Shown: positions 1 through 11,135 of the stretch, piece by piece | Numbering within the stretch: position 1 is the stretch's first letter | Layout of the letters: each line of letters opens with the position of its first letter | Assembly: GCA_951406725.2 (NCBI GenBank) | Contig: OX597816.1 | Span: forward strand, 131,812,001-131,876,000 | Length of the DNA stretch: 64,000 nt | Direction of reading: 5' to 3' | Source of the DNA: Octopus vulgaris | Taxonomy: Eukaryota | The notes under the pieces: generated by a model | What the model was told of the DNA's origin: nothing | Database searches by the model: none | Seen by the model: only the letters and a program-made list of their open reading frames with translations | Made by a program: the position numbers and the translations under genes

Positions 1-550
1 TGAACCTCATTCGACGACAGGCACCCATGCCAACCTCCCTTCATTGGACACTAAACTCTGCTTGCGAAGACCTGTTGGGGCAAGTGAAATCGGAATCGAA
101 ATTGAACTGACTCCTGTGCAGGTGGCAAGTGAAGAAACACCATTTCGACCCTGTGCTTGAGGAGATCCATTGAGTCAAGTACACCAACATCAAAATCAAT
201 AAAAATTGCAGTTGCGATCCCTGTGCCGGTGGCATGTAAAGAGCACCATCTGAATGTGGCTGATGCCAGCGCCGCCTTGACTGGCTTCCGTGCTGGTGGC
301 ACGTAAAATGCACCAATCTGATCGTGGCCGTTGCCAGACTCGCCTGGCACCTGTGCAGGTGGCATGTAAAAAGCACCCACTATACTCACGGAGTGGATGG
401 CGTTAGGAAGGGCATCCAGCTGTAGAAACATTGCCAGATAAGACTGGAGCCTGGTGCAGCCTTCTGGCTTCCAGATCCTTGGTCAAACCGTCCAACCCAT
501 GCTAGCATGGAGAATGGACGTTAAACGATGATGATGATGATGATGATGAT
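1..550 (+). mobile_element. 3' end/3'UTR of the RTE-type LINE family seen at 12337-14265, ending in (GAT)n tail
   Basis: Same 3'UTR sequence as 12337-12900 on the opposite strand (GGCATCCAGCTGTAGAAAC...CCAACCCATGCTAGCATGG...GGACGTTAAACGATGATGAT). Confidence 0.8.
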
Positions 551-687
551 ATGTATGTTAAGCTTTTGTAATATCCTGAAATTTATGATTTCTATTTAAT
601 ACTGGTTGTTTGTCTTGGAATGATTACAAAAGATATGTTGTTAGTTCTAACCATGCGAATACAGACATAAAACATACACACACACTC

Positions 688-1027
688 CGCATGGCTCAGT
701 GGTTAGAGCGTCGAGCTTACGATCGTGAGGTTGTGAGCTCGAATCCCGGACCGGGCTGCGTGTTGTGTTCTTGAGCAAGGCACTTTATTTCACGTTGCTC
801 CAGTTCACTCAGCTGTAGAAATGAGCTGCGATGTCACTGGTGCCAAGCTGTATCGACCTTTGTCTTTCCCTTGGATAACACTGGTGGTGTGGAGAGGGGA
901 GGCTGGTATGCATGGGCGACTGCTGGTCTTCCATAAACAACCTTGCCCGGACTTGTGTCTAGGAGGGTAACTTTCTAGGTGCTATCCCATGGTCATTCAT
1001 GACCGAAGGGGGTCTTTACCCCCTTTT
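688..1027 (+). mobile_element. tRNA-derived SINE, family A
   Basis: Pol III A box (TGGCTCAGTGG) and B box-like (GCTCGAATCCC) head followed by a conserved body. Homologous copies at 18267-18613, 41876-42178 and 31583-31790. Confidence 0.85.
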
Positions 1028-1028
1028 A

Positions 1029-1065
1029 TATTTATATCATCTGTATCTATCTATCTATCTATACA

Positions 1066-1097
<32 letters not shown>

Positions 1098-1148
1098 CAC
1101 ATACATATGCATATACATATATGTGTGTGTGTATGTATATATGTATGC

Positions 1149-1228
<80 letters not shown>
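1029..1228. repeat. Compound microsatellite (TCTA)n/(TACA)n/(TA)n
   Basis: Seen directly. Confidence 0.95.
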
Positions 1229-1231
<3 letters not shown>

Positions 1232-1337
1232 CCTGCTCGCTTAGCCAGTGGGGTGGCGTCATTCGAAGGCTAAAACAGTGCGAACGCATTGTGACCAGCG
1301 ATGTGGCAACATCTGATGGTCTGGTCGGTCACGTGAT

Positions 1338-1372
<35 letters not shown>

Positions 1373-1376
<4 letters not shown>

Positions 1377-1809
1377 TTAATATAAACAACCAGATACAAT
1401 GTGATACAATACAGGAAAGATTCAATTGTTACCAAGTGTGACTTAGGATGCCAGAGCACCTACATTGCTAAAACTAAGAGTTAAAATACTCTTAATGCTG
1501 TAAGAAGAGTGCATACAATATACTCACATGCTGATGGAGAAGCAACCACACCAAGACCACTTCAAGGATCCTCAGACTAGATCTAGTTTCATCTATAACT
1601 GTCGACATCATCAGTGAGGACTGCTTGAATGGTGCATGATCAGCTAATTCCCTCTGCCAGCATATACGTATTTACCATAAAAATTTATGCACAATTTAGC
1701 TAACTGGTAATGCATATACTAACAATTAATATAAACAGCCAAGCACAATGTGATACCATAAAGGAAAAATATAATCATCACTAAGTGTGACTTAGGATGC
1801 TGGAGCACC
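1373..1809 (-). mobile_element. Non-autonomous Penelope-like/retrozyme-like element with 86-bp direct repeats (period 349 bp) and a hammerhead ribozyme
   Basis: Direct repeats at 1375-1460 and 1724-1809 (about 83% identical). Hammerhead at 1569-1620 (-). The ribozyme-sense 3' end abuts (TA)n at 1345-1373. Confidence 0.7.
1569..1620 (-). ncRNA. Type I hammerhead ribozyme
   Basis: Minus strand reads UCCUCA-CUGAUGA-U-GUC-gacaguuaua-GAU-GAAA-CUAGAUCUAG-UC-UGAGGA. Perfect 6-bp stem I, intact core, palindromic stem III, GUC cleavage triplet. Confidence 0.85.
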
Positions 1810-1824
1810 GCCATTTGGGCTCAA

Positions 1825-2133
1825 CTCTCCTCCCCACTTTTCATCTACCTCCTCCCCGACTCCTACTTCTCTTCACTCCTACATCTTTTCACCCCGACTC
1901 TCTTTCCCTCTTCTTCCCTTCTTTCCCTTCTTCCCTCTTCTTCCCTTCTTTCCCTTCTTCCCTCTTCTCCCTCTTCTTCTCTCTTCTTCCCTCTTCCCCT
2001 TCTCTCTTTCTCTCTGCTCCCTCACTCCCCTTCTCTCCCACCTCCCCCTCCTCCTCTACCTCCCTCCCCCTCCCCTCCTCCTCACATACCCCTCCCCAAA
2101 TACCTCACTTTTAACCCCACCCTCTACCTACCC
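1825..2133. repeat. Polypyrimidine (C/T) low-complexity tract
   Basis: About 300 bp almost entirely C/T on the + strand. Confidence 0.9.
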
Positions 2134-2999
2134 ACGCTCTGGGCGACATTGGGGTGATTGTACACAGCCACCAGCCCACAGTCGACGCTATGGCGACCAG
2201 AGCTTGCTCTGGGCATTAGTGTCACGGGTTGGGTTGGGTTGGCAGATTTACCTACTCCGCATTGCGAGCAGTGGAACAAGATGCGTCTTCTTCAAAGCAA
2301 TTGCTCCCTCGAAGCAAATTAAATAAAATTTGAGATACGTGGAACGTCAAAGCTGCTAACAAAAACAGGACAGTGAAAACATTCGGTAAGGGCTGTTTAA
2401 GCCTAATGAGGTGAAGTGGTGAACGGTGGAGAATAAAAGCTTTGACAAGAGACAGACAAGAATGCGTGTTATTAGTTATAAACTGAACGAGAAGAAAAAG
2501 AATTACATTTAGAAATAGAGATCTATAATTATCGAGGAGAGAATTTGAGTTAGAAATAGAGAACTATAAATATTGTATTATGCATAAAGTGGTGGCTTAC
2601 ATTCGGGGCTTCCAACTTCTCTGTAAAATATAAGATAGTCGCAAAATCATGGCACATGTCACCATCGATTACAAACACCGGTGGAAGATAAAAGTTCCAG
2701 AGGAGATTCTTGTTCTTTCATTTGTACAAGGATCGTATTACGAAATAGAATAGAAAATAAACGTCTTGGGCATATAAAATGAGATAACATGAGATATCAA
2801 GGTGTTATAAACTTGAAACCTACTAGAATATCATAGATTATAAATATCAAGTCATCCAATCAGTTCTGTCCAATTTTACATCTTTTTTTTGGATGTGAAT
2901 GAAATTTAATAGTATTTTCAAATGTCTAATTCAATTAAAAATTATTTTTATGCATTTGTGTACGTTTACACTAATTCCATATTGTTTTACAAAATAATA

Positions 3000-4316
3000 G
3001 AGGGTATTCACAAAGTCTGCGTACATGGGGATTAACACCTACTTTTAAAACAAACCAATTTTATTTAATTATAATGTTAATAAATAGTATTTTCAAAGTG
3101 ATTTCCATCATTTTTCAATGCATAACTTGATGCGCCTTGCAAAATTCAGGTGAACTTGATTAAATAAGTCTACATTGCCATCAATTTCAGCACACTGACT
3201 GGTAATGCGTTCTCTCATGTGTTTTAAATCTGTAATCTTTATTGTAATCTTTCTCTTTCAACATACCCCAGAAAAAGAAATCAAGGGGAAAGAGGTCTGG
3301 TGAATGAGGAGACCTTTCCATATGAGCCCTTCTTCCAAACCAGTGAGGAAAAGTGTCATTAAGCCAATCTCTAACAGTTGTGGCAAAATGGGTAGGGACC
3401 CCATCCTGCTGAAACCAATTCGGAAGGCCCTCGCCTAGGCGCTCAATTTGAGATATTAATTTGTCTCTCAATATGTTTACATAAGTCTCATCCGTTACAT
3501 GTTCAATGAAGAAGGGTCCTAGAACATGCGCTTTCCACAAACCACACCATACCATCACCTTTTTGCTGCCTTGCTGTTTGGATGGATCCATCCAATGTGG
3601 ATTACCTCGAGACCAGTATAGAAGATTCTGTCTGTTGACCTCACCATTTACATAAAACGTAGCTTTGTCACTGAACAACAAAGTTTTTCGTAAAATTGAT
3701 ATTTTCATCCAATTTATCTGAAAACCATTCGCACGTCTACATTCGTCTACCAGGGTCATCTTCATTTAAGTGATGCAATATCTGTAGGTTGTATCGATGA
3801 AACTTTTCCTCAACCAGCATTTTGTGGATGGTTGGTTTTGGAACATCTAACACCGTGGATGTCCGACGAAGTGATTTCTTTGGGCTAGCAGAAACTTTAG
3901 CCATGACAGCCTCTTTCGTTTCATCCGAAGTATTTGGTCGCCCAGAACGGGGTTTATCCAAAACACTGCCTGTTTCTTTAAATTTCTTGATCAATTTCCC
4001 GACGGCAGTAAAAAAAATAGGTTGCCTATAAGGGTGTCGAAGATTAAATTCTTCCGCAATTTTGCGATAAGACCATCCCTCTCGTCCACTTAATAATACT
4101 AACTCGATTCTTTCTTCCATCATTCGATCTGGGATTCTTTCTTCTTTAGACAGAGCCATCATTCGATCATCTGTAGAAAAGTAACAAATAAATTTAGAAA
4201 AGTAAAGTATTTTTTAAATTTAATTTAAACAAAAGTAAAAAAAGGAAAATTATTATTTCTTATATTTGTTTATGTTATGATTTTATTCCATGTACCCAGA
4301 CTTCGTGGGCACCCTA
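3000..4316 (-). mobile_element. Tc1/mariner-superfamily transposon of DD41D (rosa/Visitor)-like type with frameshifted transposase
   Basis: About 28-bp TIRs (AGGGTATTCACAAAGTCTGCGTACATGG / CCATGTACCCAGACTTCGTGGGCACCCT). ORFs 3737-4162 (HTH, KFKETGSVLDKPRSGRP) and 3187-3765 (FSDKATF...FQQDG...SPDLFPLDFFFWG). 40 residues separate the second and third Asp. Confidence 0.9.
3187..4162 (-). pseudogene. DDD transposase pseudogene (frameshift near 3740-3765)
   Basis: Two overlapping ORFs together give the HTH and catalytic domains. Confidence 0.88.
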
Positions 4317-5422
4317 AAATTGCTTTGATTAAAACCCTTTCAACATGGAAGTATCCAAGGAGCATTTAATGCACATATAATTCTTTATGAGTACAACAAA
4401 GGTAACTCTGCAGCCGAAGTGACTCGAAACATACACTCAGTTTATGGGAAAGTGCTTGAATGAAAGAGCTTGCAGGAGATCGTTTGCAAAATTGAAGATG
4501 AAGATCGAATAGGATGTCCAGTTGAGTTTGATGATAAACTCCTTGAGGCATTACTTGAAGAAAATCCGTCATTATCAGTTGAAGAAATGGCAATAAAGCT
4601 TACTTCAAACCATACAGCAGTTCATCGTCATCTTCAACAACGTGGAAAGATTCCTAAACTTAGAAAATAGGTGCCTCATGTATTGTCCGAAAGCAACAGC
4701 AAATCCCGAGTTGACATCTGCTCTTCTCTCCATTCTCGCAAACTCATTTTACCCTTTTTCGATAGACTTGTGACAAAAATGGATTTTCTATCGAAATGTA
4801 AAACGTCGTAAACTCTGGCTTAGTAAAAGGGAAAATGCTCAACCACAACCGAGAAGGGAATTTCATGGGAAAAAGGTTCTACTCTATATGGTGCGATTGC
4901 AAAGGCGTAATTCACTTTATATTGTTACCACTTAATACAACAATCAATGCTCAAGTCTACTGTCAGCAATTAGAGCGTTTGAACCAAGCTTTGAAAGGAA
5001 AAAGAGCCGCTTTAGTGAGTCGAAAACGAGTGATGTTTCATCAGGACAATGCACAACCCCACACTGCAAAGACCACATCACAAGATCGAAGACGTCGGTT
5101 TAGAAAAATTTCTTCATCCAACTTATTCTCCCGACCTTACTCCTTCAGGATACCATTTGTTTCATAGTTTACAGAATTATTAGGGGGACACAACTTTCGC
5201 AAGCCAGGAGGAGGTCGAACTTGACATTTCAGAGTTCTTCACTTTGAAACCAAAAGAGTTTTACATTGATGGGATTAAAAAGCTTGTAAATAGATGGAAG
5301 TAAGTCATAGATAATCAGGGAAAGTACATTGATGATTAACTTTCAATTAAATATAACATTTGATCACTTGGATTCTTTATCCAAAATTCGGACAGAACTT
5401 ATGGGATGACTTGAGATATATA

Positions 5423-6131
5423 CACCGGCGAAAATATATTTAAGACCAACGATAAAAGTTCTATTTCTTACAAAATATTTTGTTACTAACACCATACAAA
5501 TTATTTATATCTTTTACATCTTATGCAAAATTTATTTCTCTTTCGAATGATGCAAACAATTTTTATACAACTTGAAGAATTCTAATGCTAAATTAATATA
5601 TATTTCTTTACTGCCCACAAGGGGCTAAACATAGAGGGGACAAACAAGGACAGACAAACGGATTAAGTCGATTACATCGACCCCAGTGCGTAACTGGTAC
5701 TTAATTTATCGACCCCGAAACTATGAAAGGCAAAGTCGACCTCGACGGAATATAAACGTTTCAAATTTACCGGCAAAATTAGTTTAAGACCATGTAATAT
5801 GTATGCAATTTTTTTAGCTAAAATGGGTGGTCACACAACGAGCCTAAATGCACCATATAAAGTTATAATTTAATGTTATTATACAATTTATTAATAATGG
5901 GAAAACAACGTAGCCTTAGTCCAGTCACAAGAGCAAAAATCGTATATTACAGCAAAAAGTTTCCTTTTCGAACATCAGCAAGCAACTAAAGTGCAGTAAA
6001 CCGGCTTGCGTGCAAGCATGGAAGTTACACTCGGAGACTGGCCAATATAAATATCGGCAAAGGACTAGTAACAGAATATTTTGTAAGAAATAGAACTTTT
6101 ATCATCGGTCTTAAATTTATTTTCGCCAGTG
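5423..6131 (+). mobile_element. Internally deleted Tc1-like element with about 66-bp TIRs
   Basis: TIRs 5423-5488 and 6067-6131 (CACCGGCGAAAAT.../...ATTTTCGCCAGTG). Transposase start MGKQRSLSPVTRAKIV at about 5898. Carries a SINE at 5602-5750. Confidence 0.82.
5602..5750 (-). mobile_element. 3' part of a family K SINE
   Basis: Reverse complement matches the 3' half of 23919-24138. Confidence 0.85.
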
Positions 6132-6254
6132 TGTATATTATATATATATATAATGTATATAATACGAGAATTTTAATGGAGATAACCTGCAGTATATAGT
6201 ACAACATTTTTGTCTCCGTATATGAGCTAAGTATTAATAAAACACCATCCTGCT

Positions 6255-7908
6255 TCAGCACATTCATGAGCCTCTATGTCAGTGCTGGGAAGAGGGTACA
6301 GTCCCTCAGGATATGCGGGATGCTAACATCATTACGCTTTACAAAAACAAAGGTGACCGTGGTGATTGTAACAATTACCGTGGAATACCTCTTCTAAGCA
6401 CTGTTGGAAAGGCCTCTGCTCGCATTATCCTGTCCAGGCTGCAACTGCTTGCTTCTCGAATTTATCCAGAATCGCAGTGTGGCTTTAGAAGCAGATCAAC
6501 TATTGACATGATATTCTCCATACACCAACTTCAGGAGAAGTCCAGAGAGCAGAAAATGCCATTATATATGGCCTTCATTGATCTGACAAAGGCCTTTGAC
6601 TTGGTAAGTAGAAAAGGCCTCTTCATCCTGCTCCAAAAAATCAGATGTCCACCAAAGCTGCTGAGGATCATCACATCTTTCCATGATGATATGCAAGGCA
6701 CCATACAGCACAATGGTTCAACATCATCCGCCTTCCAAATAAAAAATGGGGTAAAGCAAGATTGTGTCCTTGCTCCTACATTATTTGGCATCTTCTTCTC
6801 GCTGCTGCTGTCACATGCCTTTGTGACATCAGATGATGGAATGTTTCTGCACAGTAGAAGTGATGGGAAAATGTTCAATCTCTCGCGTCTGTGTGCCAAG
6901 ACCAAAATCAGAAGTGTCCTGATCAAGGAGATGCTATTTGCTGATGATGCCGCTCTGGTATCACACACAGAAGAAGCCCTACAAAGGCTCATCAACTGTT
7001 TTGAGCAAGCATGTGGCAACTTTGGCTTAGTTATCAGCCTCAAGAAGACCAACATCATGGGTCAGGCTACATCGACCATCCCAAACATACATATTGGAGA
7101 CCACGGACTACAGGAGGTGGAGAAGTTTACCTATCTGTGCTCTACCGTCACCTACAACCTATCTCTTGATACTGAGCTCAATATATGCATTGGCAAGGCA
7201 GCTGCTGTGATGGCTCAACTCTCCAAACGGGCATGGGACAACAATAAGCTGACCAAGACCACAAAAATGTAGATTTACCAGGCATGTGTACTTAGCACTC
7301 TACTGTATGGAAGTGAGACTTGGACGCCATACACATGCCATACGACGCCATACGTCGCCTAAATATCTTTCACCTGCGCAGTCTCCGGAAAATCTTTCGC
7401 ATCAAATGGCAGAATCATGTACCCAACAAGCAAGCAGGAATACCAAGCATGTTTACACTCCTCACACAAAGACGTATGAGATGGCTTCGACATGTTATCC
7501 GTATGGAAGATGGCAGAATCCCCAAGGACATACTCAACGGAGAGCTTGCTAGGGGCACTAGGTCTGTGGGAAGACCGTTCTTACGATACAAGGATGTTTG
7601 CAAAAGAGACATGAATGCTTGCAACATTAATATTACCAACTGGTAAAAGAGGGAACATAAAGGAGTGACATAGAGGGAGAGGAGAAATGGAAAGACAAGA
7701 AAAGACGTCAACAAGAAGGTATGACATTACAACCAGCCAGGCAAAGTCTTTGCTACATTTGCGGCACCTGCCAGAGGGAGTGTTTGTCCAGGATAGGACT
7801 ACACAGCCACAGCAGGAGATGTATTAGGACATGAAATGTAAAAGTCCGACTAGATTATTTTATGTGCAACTCCATTGTCTCCCGAGACAAAAAGGATGCC
7901 AACAACAA
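6255..7908 (+). mobile_element. 5'-truncated RTE-clade LINE
   Basis: ORF 6313-7272 has RT motifs (NNYRGI, PESQCGFR, FIDLTKAFD, GVKQ..VLAP, LFADD). C-terminal RMRWLRHV..MEDGRIPK and a Cys/His motif at about 7755-7825. Short (CAA)n tail. Confidence 0.92.
6313..7830 (+). pseudogene. RTE reverse transcriptase pseudogene
   Basis: Stops and frameshifts after 7272, and no endonuclease domain. Confidence 0.88.
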
Positions 7909-8192
7909 TATATATGGATTTCGTAAACAGGAACTGAAACAAATCAATCGTATATATATGTATATATGTAAGTGTATGTGTGTGTGTCTTTGTGTCTGTG
8001 TTTCACCCTCATCACTGCTTCACAACTGCTGTTCATTTATTTACATCCACAAAACTTACTGGTTTCACAAGAACAAACTAATAGAATAAGTACTAGGCTT
8101 ATCAACATAAAAAAGCACTAGGCTGTGTCTCATATTTTTGTTTGCCCACTCAGTTGTATCTATCAATTTATCTTTGTGTGTGTGTGTATCTA

Positions 8193-8222
<30 letters not shown>

Positions 8223-8257
<35 letters not shown>

Positions 8258-9301
8258 CACCCTTATGGGAGCCTTAACTCCCAAATTTTAGTCATTTCTT
8301 TTATGATCCAAAACTAGGTCAAAAGTACTGAATAGATCTTTATGAAATTTGGAAATTATATTCTAAGCATAAGGGCCATAACCCCCATGACAATTCATAT
8401 ATTTTTGCTGTTGATGAAATTTTAACCATAGATATTAGACACAAATGAGGTAATATTTATAAAATTTCATCTTCTTACAAAGTTAGAAAGACCCCTCCAT
8501 GGGGACTTAACACCCACAATTTTGTCATTTTATCTAAGCAAAAACGAATACAGTTGTGCTCTTGGAAGCTGTAGGGTTACCCGAGCATAAAAGTTGGGCA
8601 TTATTTCTAATGGTACAACAGTGTAACAGCTTGCTTTGACATATACTTACATTGTGATTTCTGCAATGTGGTGCATAAATTGTTAAGCAAATGAGAGGCA
8701 TCTTTGTCTCCACTGATTCAATTGCAAAGTGTTGAGTAAAGTTATTTGATTGCAGACCTCCTTTCAGTCTTTTTATTATCACTCGGTCACACATAGTCGC
8801 CAGATGGTAACATTGATTACAAGGCCTTCCCAGATGAGTGACTGGTTATTCAAAGACATTTATAGATTTTAAATTCATTCGGTCCAGTTACGTATCAGTA
8901 TAGTGGTCATTTGCAAACTCCAGAGGTGACACTTTAATTTCTCCTAAGCCCTCACGTCACACAGTTGTTAATGTTGATTTCAGTTGGGTCACGCCCATCC
9001 AATTGCTATAGATTCGTAATGCATCTTATGGCTGTGCCTGTCACCTGGATGGTGAGGAATCCTACATTGGGAGTGGTAACGACTAGGGTAGGGTAACTGA
9101 CTGCTTATTGTGATCATTCGTCTTTTGGTTTCCATGTGGCACGATTACAATTTTTTTAGGGTGTGTAAAGAGGGAAATAACCCTCATCTGCAATTTTGAT
9201 GAAATTCGAAACATAGATATTCTAGTTCATTCAGAAAATACAACAGAAAAGTCTAATTCTTCAATTGAATGTAACCGGGCAACGCCGGGTATCTCTGCTA
9301 G
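8223..9301 (+). mobile_element. Non-autonomous Helitron-like element
   Basis: 3' GC hairpin CCGG-GCAACG-CCGG at 9275-9288 followed by CTAG|T at 9298-9302. 5' TC start lies within the TCTA/TA repeat. Internal subrepeats at 8257-8300 and 8490-8532. Confidence 0.6.
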
Positions 9302-9336
<35 letters not shown>

Positions 9337-9339
9337 ATA

Positions 9340-9572
9340 CAACAATATGCATGCGGTCACATATGTGACTGCATACGTATCATTGGTGATTTTCTTTCTC
9401 CGTCTTCCCTTCCTTGGACTTTTCCTTTTTTCTATATTTCTGATGAAGAGCTCCACTCGAAATGTTAAATCCTCCTTCTTTTTTTCCTTTCCTGAGTGTC
9501 CAATGACACTGTACTTGTTCCACGTCCTTGCGTTGTTGTGTTTTCTCTTTGTTCATGTTTAGATTAACTATA
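9340..9572 (+). mobile_element. Short Penelope pLTR-like fragment with 5' hairpin and minimal hammerhead-like motif
   Basis: Hairpin at 9345-9380. ATTT-CTGATGA-A-GAG-ctcca-CTC-GAAA-TGTT-AAAT at 9436-9470. (TA)n on both sides. Confidence 0.6.
9436..9470 (+). ncRNA. Minimal hammerhead-like motif (probably decayed)
   Basis: CUGAUGA and GAAA cores, 3-bp stem II and 4-bp stem I. Stem III is essentially absent. Confidence 0.5.
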
Positions 9573-10091
9573 CATGTATATATATATATATCTACATATG
9601 CCATACACCAAGTTCTAGAGGCTTCAGAGTAATAGGCTGTTCTTTCTCTAGTCTGACAAAAAAAATCATTAAAAGAATAACATCCCTTCAAAATATGACT
9701 GGCATCCTTCCAACATCCTGTCCACAACACACACAAAAAAATAAAAAAAGAAATAAGAAAACTAATGTCACTTTGATAGCATTACTACCACATGACAGTA
9801 ACTGACCAACAAGTACCTAAATACATATTTTGATTTTCTTTCCAACTCTCAGCTCTGTCTATACACATCTGCTTAGGTCCAATGCTCCCACAGGCGAGCC
9901 ATCTATGAAGGCAGCAATACAGAATAAAAACTGATACAAAGTAGAGGGAACATCTTTAGTCCAGTCAGAGACAACTAACCTCTCTAGTGATGGTGCTATG
10001 ATAAAATGTGCTGTATTCTTGTAGTAAGACACGCACAACAACAGAAATAGCTGGATTTTATTTTGTTGTTGTGTGTAAGGTAATGAATGAA

Positions 10092-10092
<1 letters not shown>

Positions 10093-10124
<32 letters not shown>

Positions 10125-10475
10125 TTAGCGTCCGCTTTCCAACCTAGGGACTGACTTGGGTTGGACAGTTCAACTGGGGTCTGTGAAGCCAGAAGGCTGC
10201 ACCAGGCTTCAGTCTGATCTGGCAGTGTTTCTATGGCTGGATGCCCTTCCTAACGCCAACCACTCCATGAGTGTAGTGGGTGCTTTTTACGTGCCACCCG
10301 CACAGGTGTCAGACGGAGCTGGCAAATGGCCACGGATGGATGGTGCTTTTTACATGCCACCGGCACAGGGGCCAGGTGAGGCTGGCAACGGCCACGATTG
10401 GATGGTGATTTTTACGTGCCACCGGCACGGGGGCCAGGCGAGGCTGGCAACGGCCACGAATGGATGGTGCTACGT
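10093..10475 (-). mobile_element. RTE-type LINE 3'UTR fragment with about 60-bp internal tandem repeats
   Basis: (CAT)n followed by TTTAGCGTCCGCTTTCC, with repeated ATGGTGCTTTTTACGTGCCACCGGCAC units. Confidence 0.8.
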
Positions 10476-11083
10476 GAATGATAATAAAGCAAAGGACTGT
10501 GATGAGTGTCAAGACACCCTGTGAAACATAGACTTGCAGTGCATAATGAGACAAACAATTGAGGCAGGAGGCAAAATTAAGTGAGCGGAAACTTGCTATT
10601 GAGTGAGTGGACTGCAGTCCGTGGAGAAATCTGTAGAGTAAGAACTCCACTCAAACAAGTGTTTTGGTCCATTAGTTCCTGACACTCTCTAAGGGAGATG
10701 GGCCTGACTCCTAGGTGTCTTCCTGCTGTTATTTGAATGCCACCCATAATGGTTGGTGAGATGAGGGACTTGGTCTTCTACTCTTGGAGAGTATCCGTAA
10801 ACTATAATGACTAAAAACTAGGTATGGCATCAGAAAATAAACAAAAAAAGAGGAGCAAGATGAAAAAAATAACATATCTTAGGTTTACTTTTTCCACTTT
10901 TATAAGAACTCAAATAAAAAGTGATTTTCTTTCTGAATACTTTAAACATATTTTTGTTCATGTGAATGATGTAATGTATTTCTTCATCAGCTCTATTACT
11001 TTATAATCAAACTGATTATCTTTCTCTAAACCTTAGTATTTTCATCAGCAAGCAAAAGCATGTAGAAAGGATTAATCAACATT

Positions 11084-11135
<52 letters not shown>

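Larger units (their letters stand above)
2847..5414 (+). mobile_element. Degenerate mariner (DD34D-type) transposon, interrupted by a nested element at 3000-4316
   Basis: TIRs TCAAGTCATCCAATCAGTTCTGTCCAATTTT (2847-2877) and AAAATTCGGACAGAACTTATGGGATGACTTGA (5383-5414). Transposase remnants at 4345-5337 (MEVSKEHL, VPHVL, FHQDNAQPH, YSPDL). Confidence 0.88.

Noticed and set aside
688-760. tRNA-like sequences at SINE heads
   Set aside because: They have A/B boxes but no complete cloverleaf and continue into repeated SINE bodies, so they are not tRNA genes.
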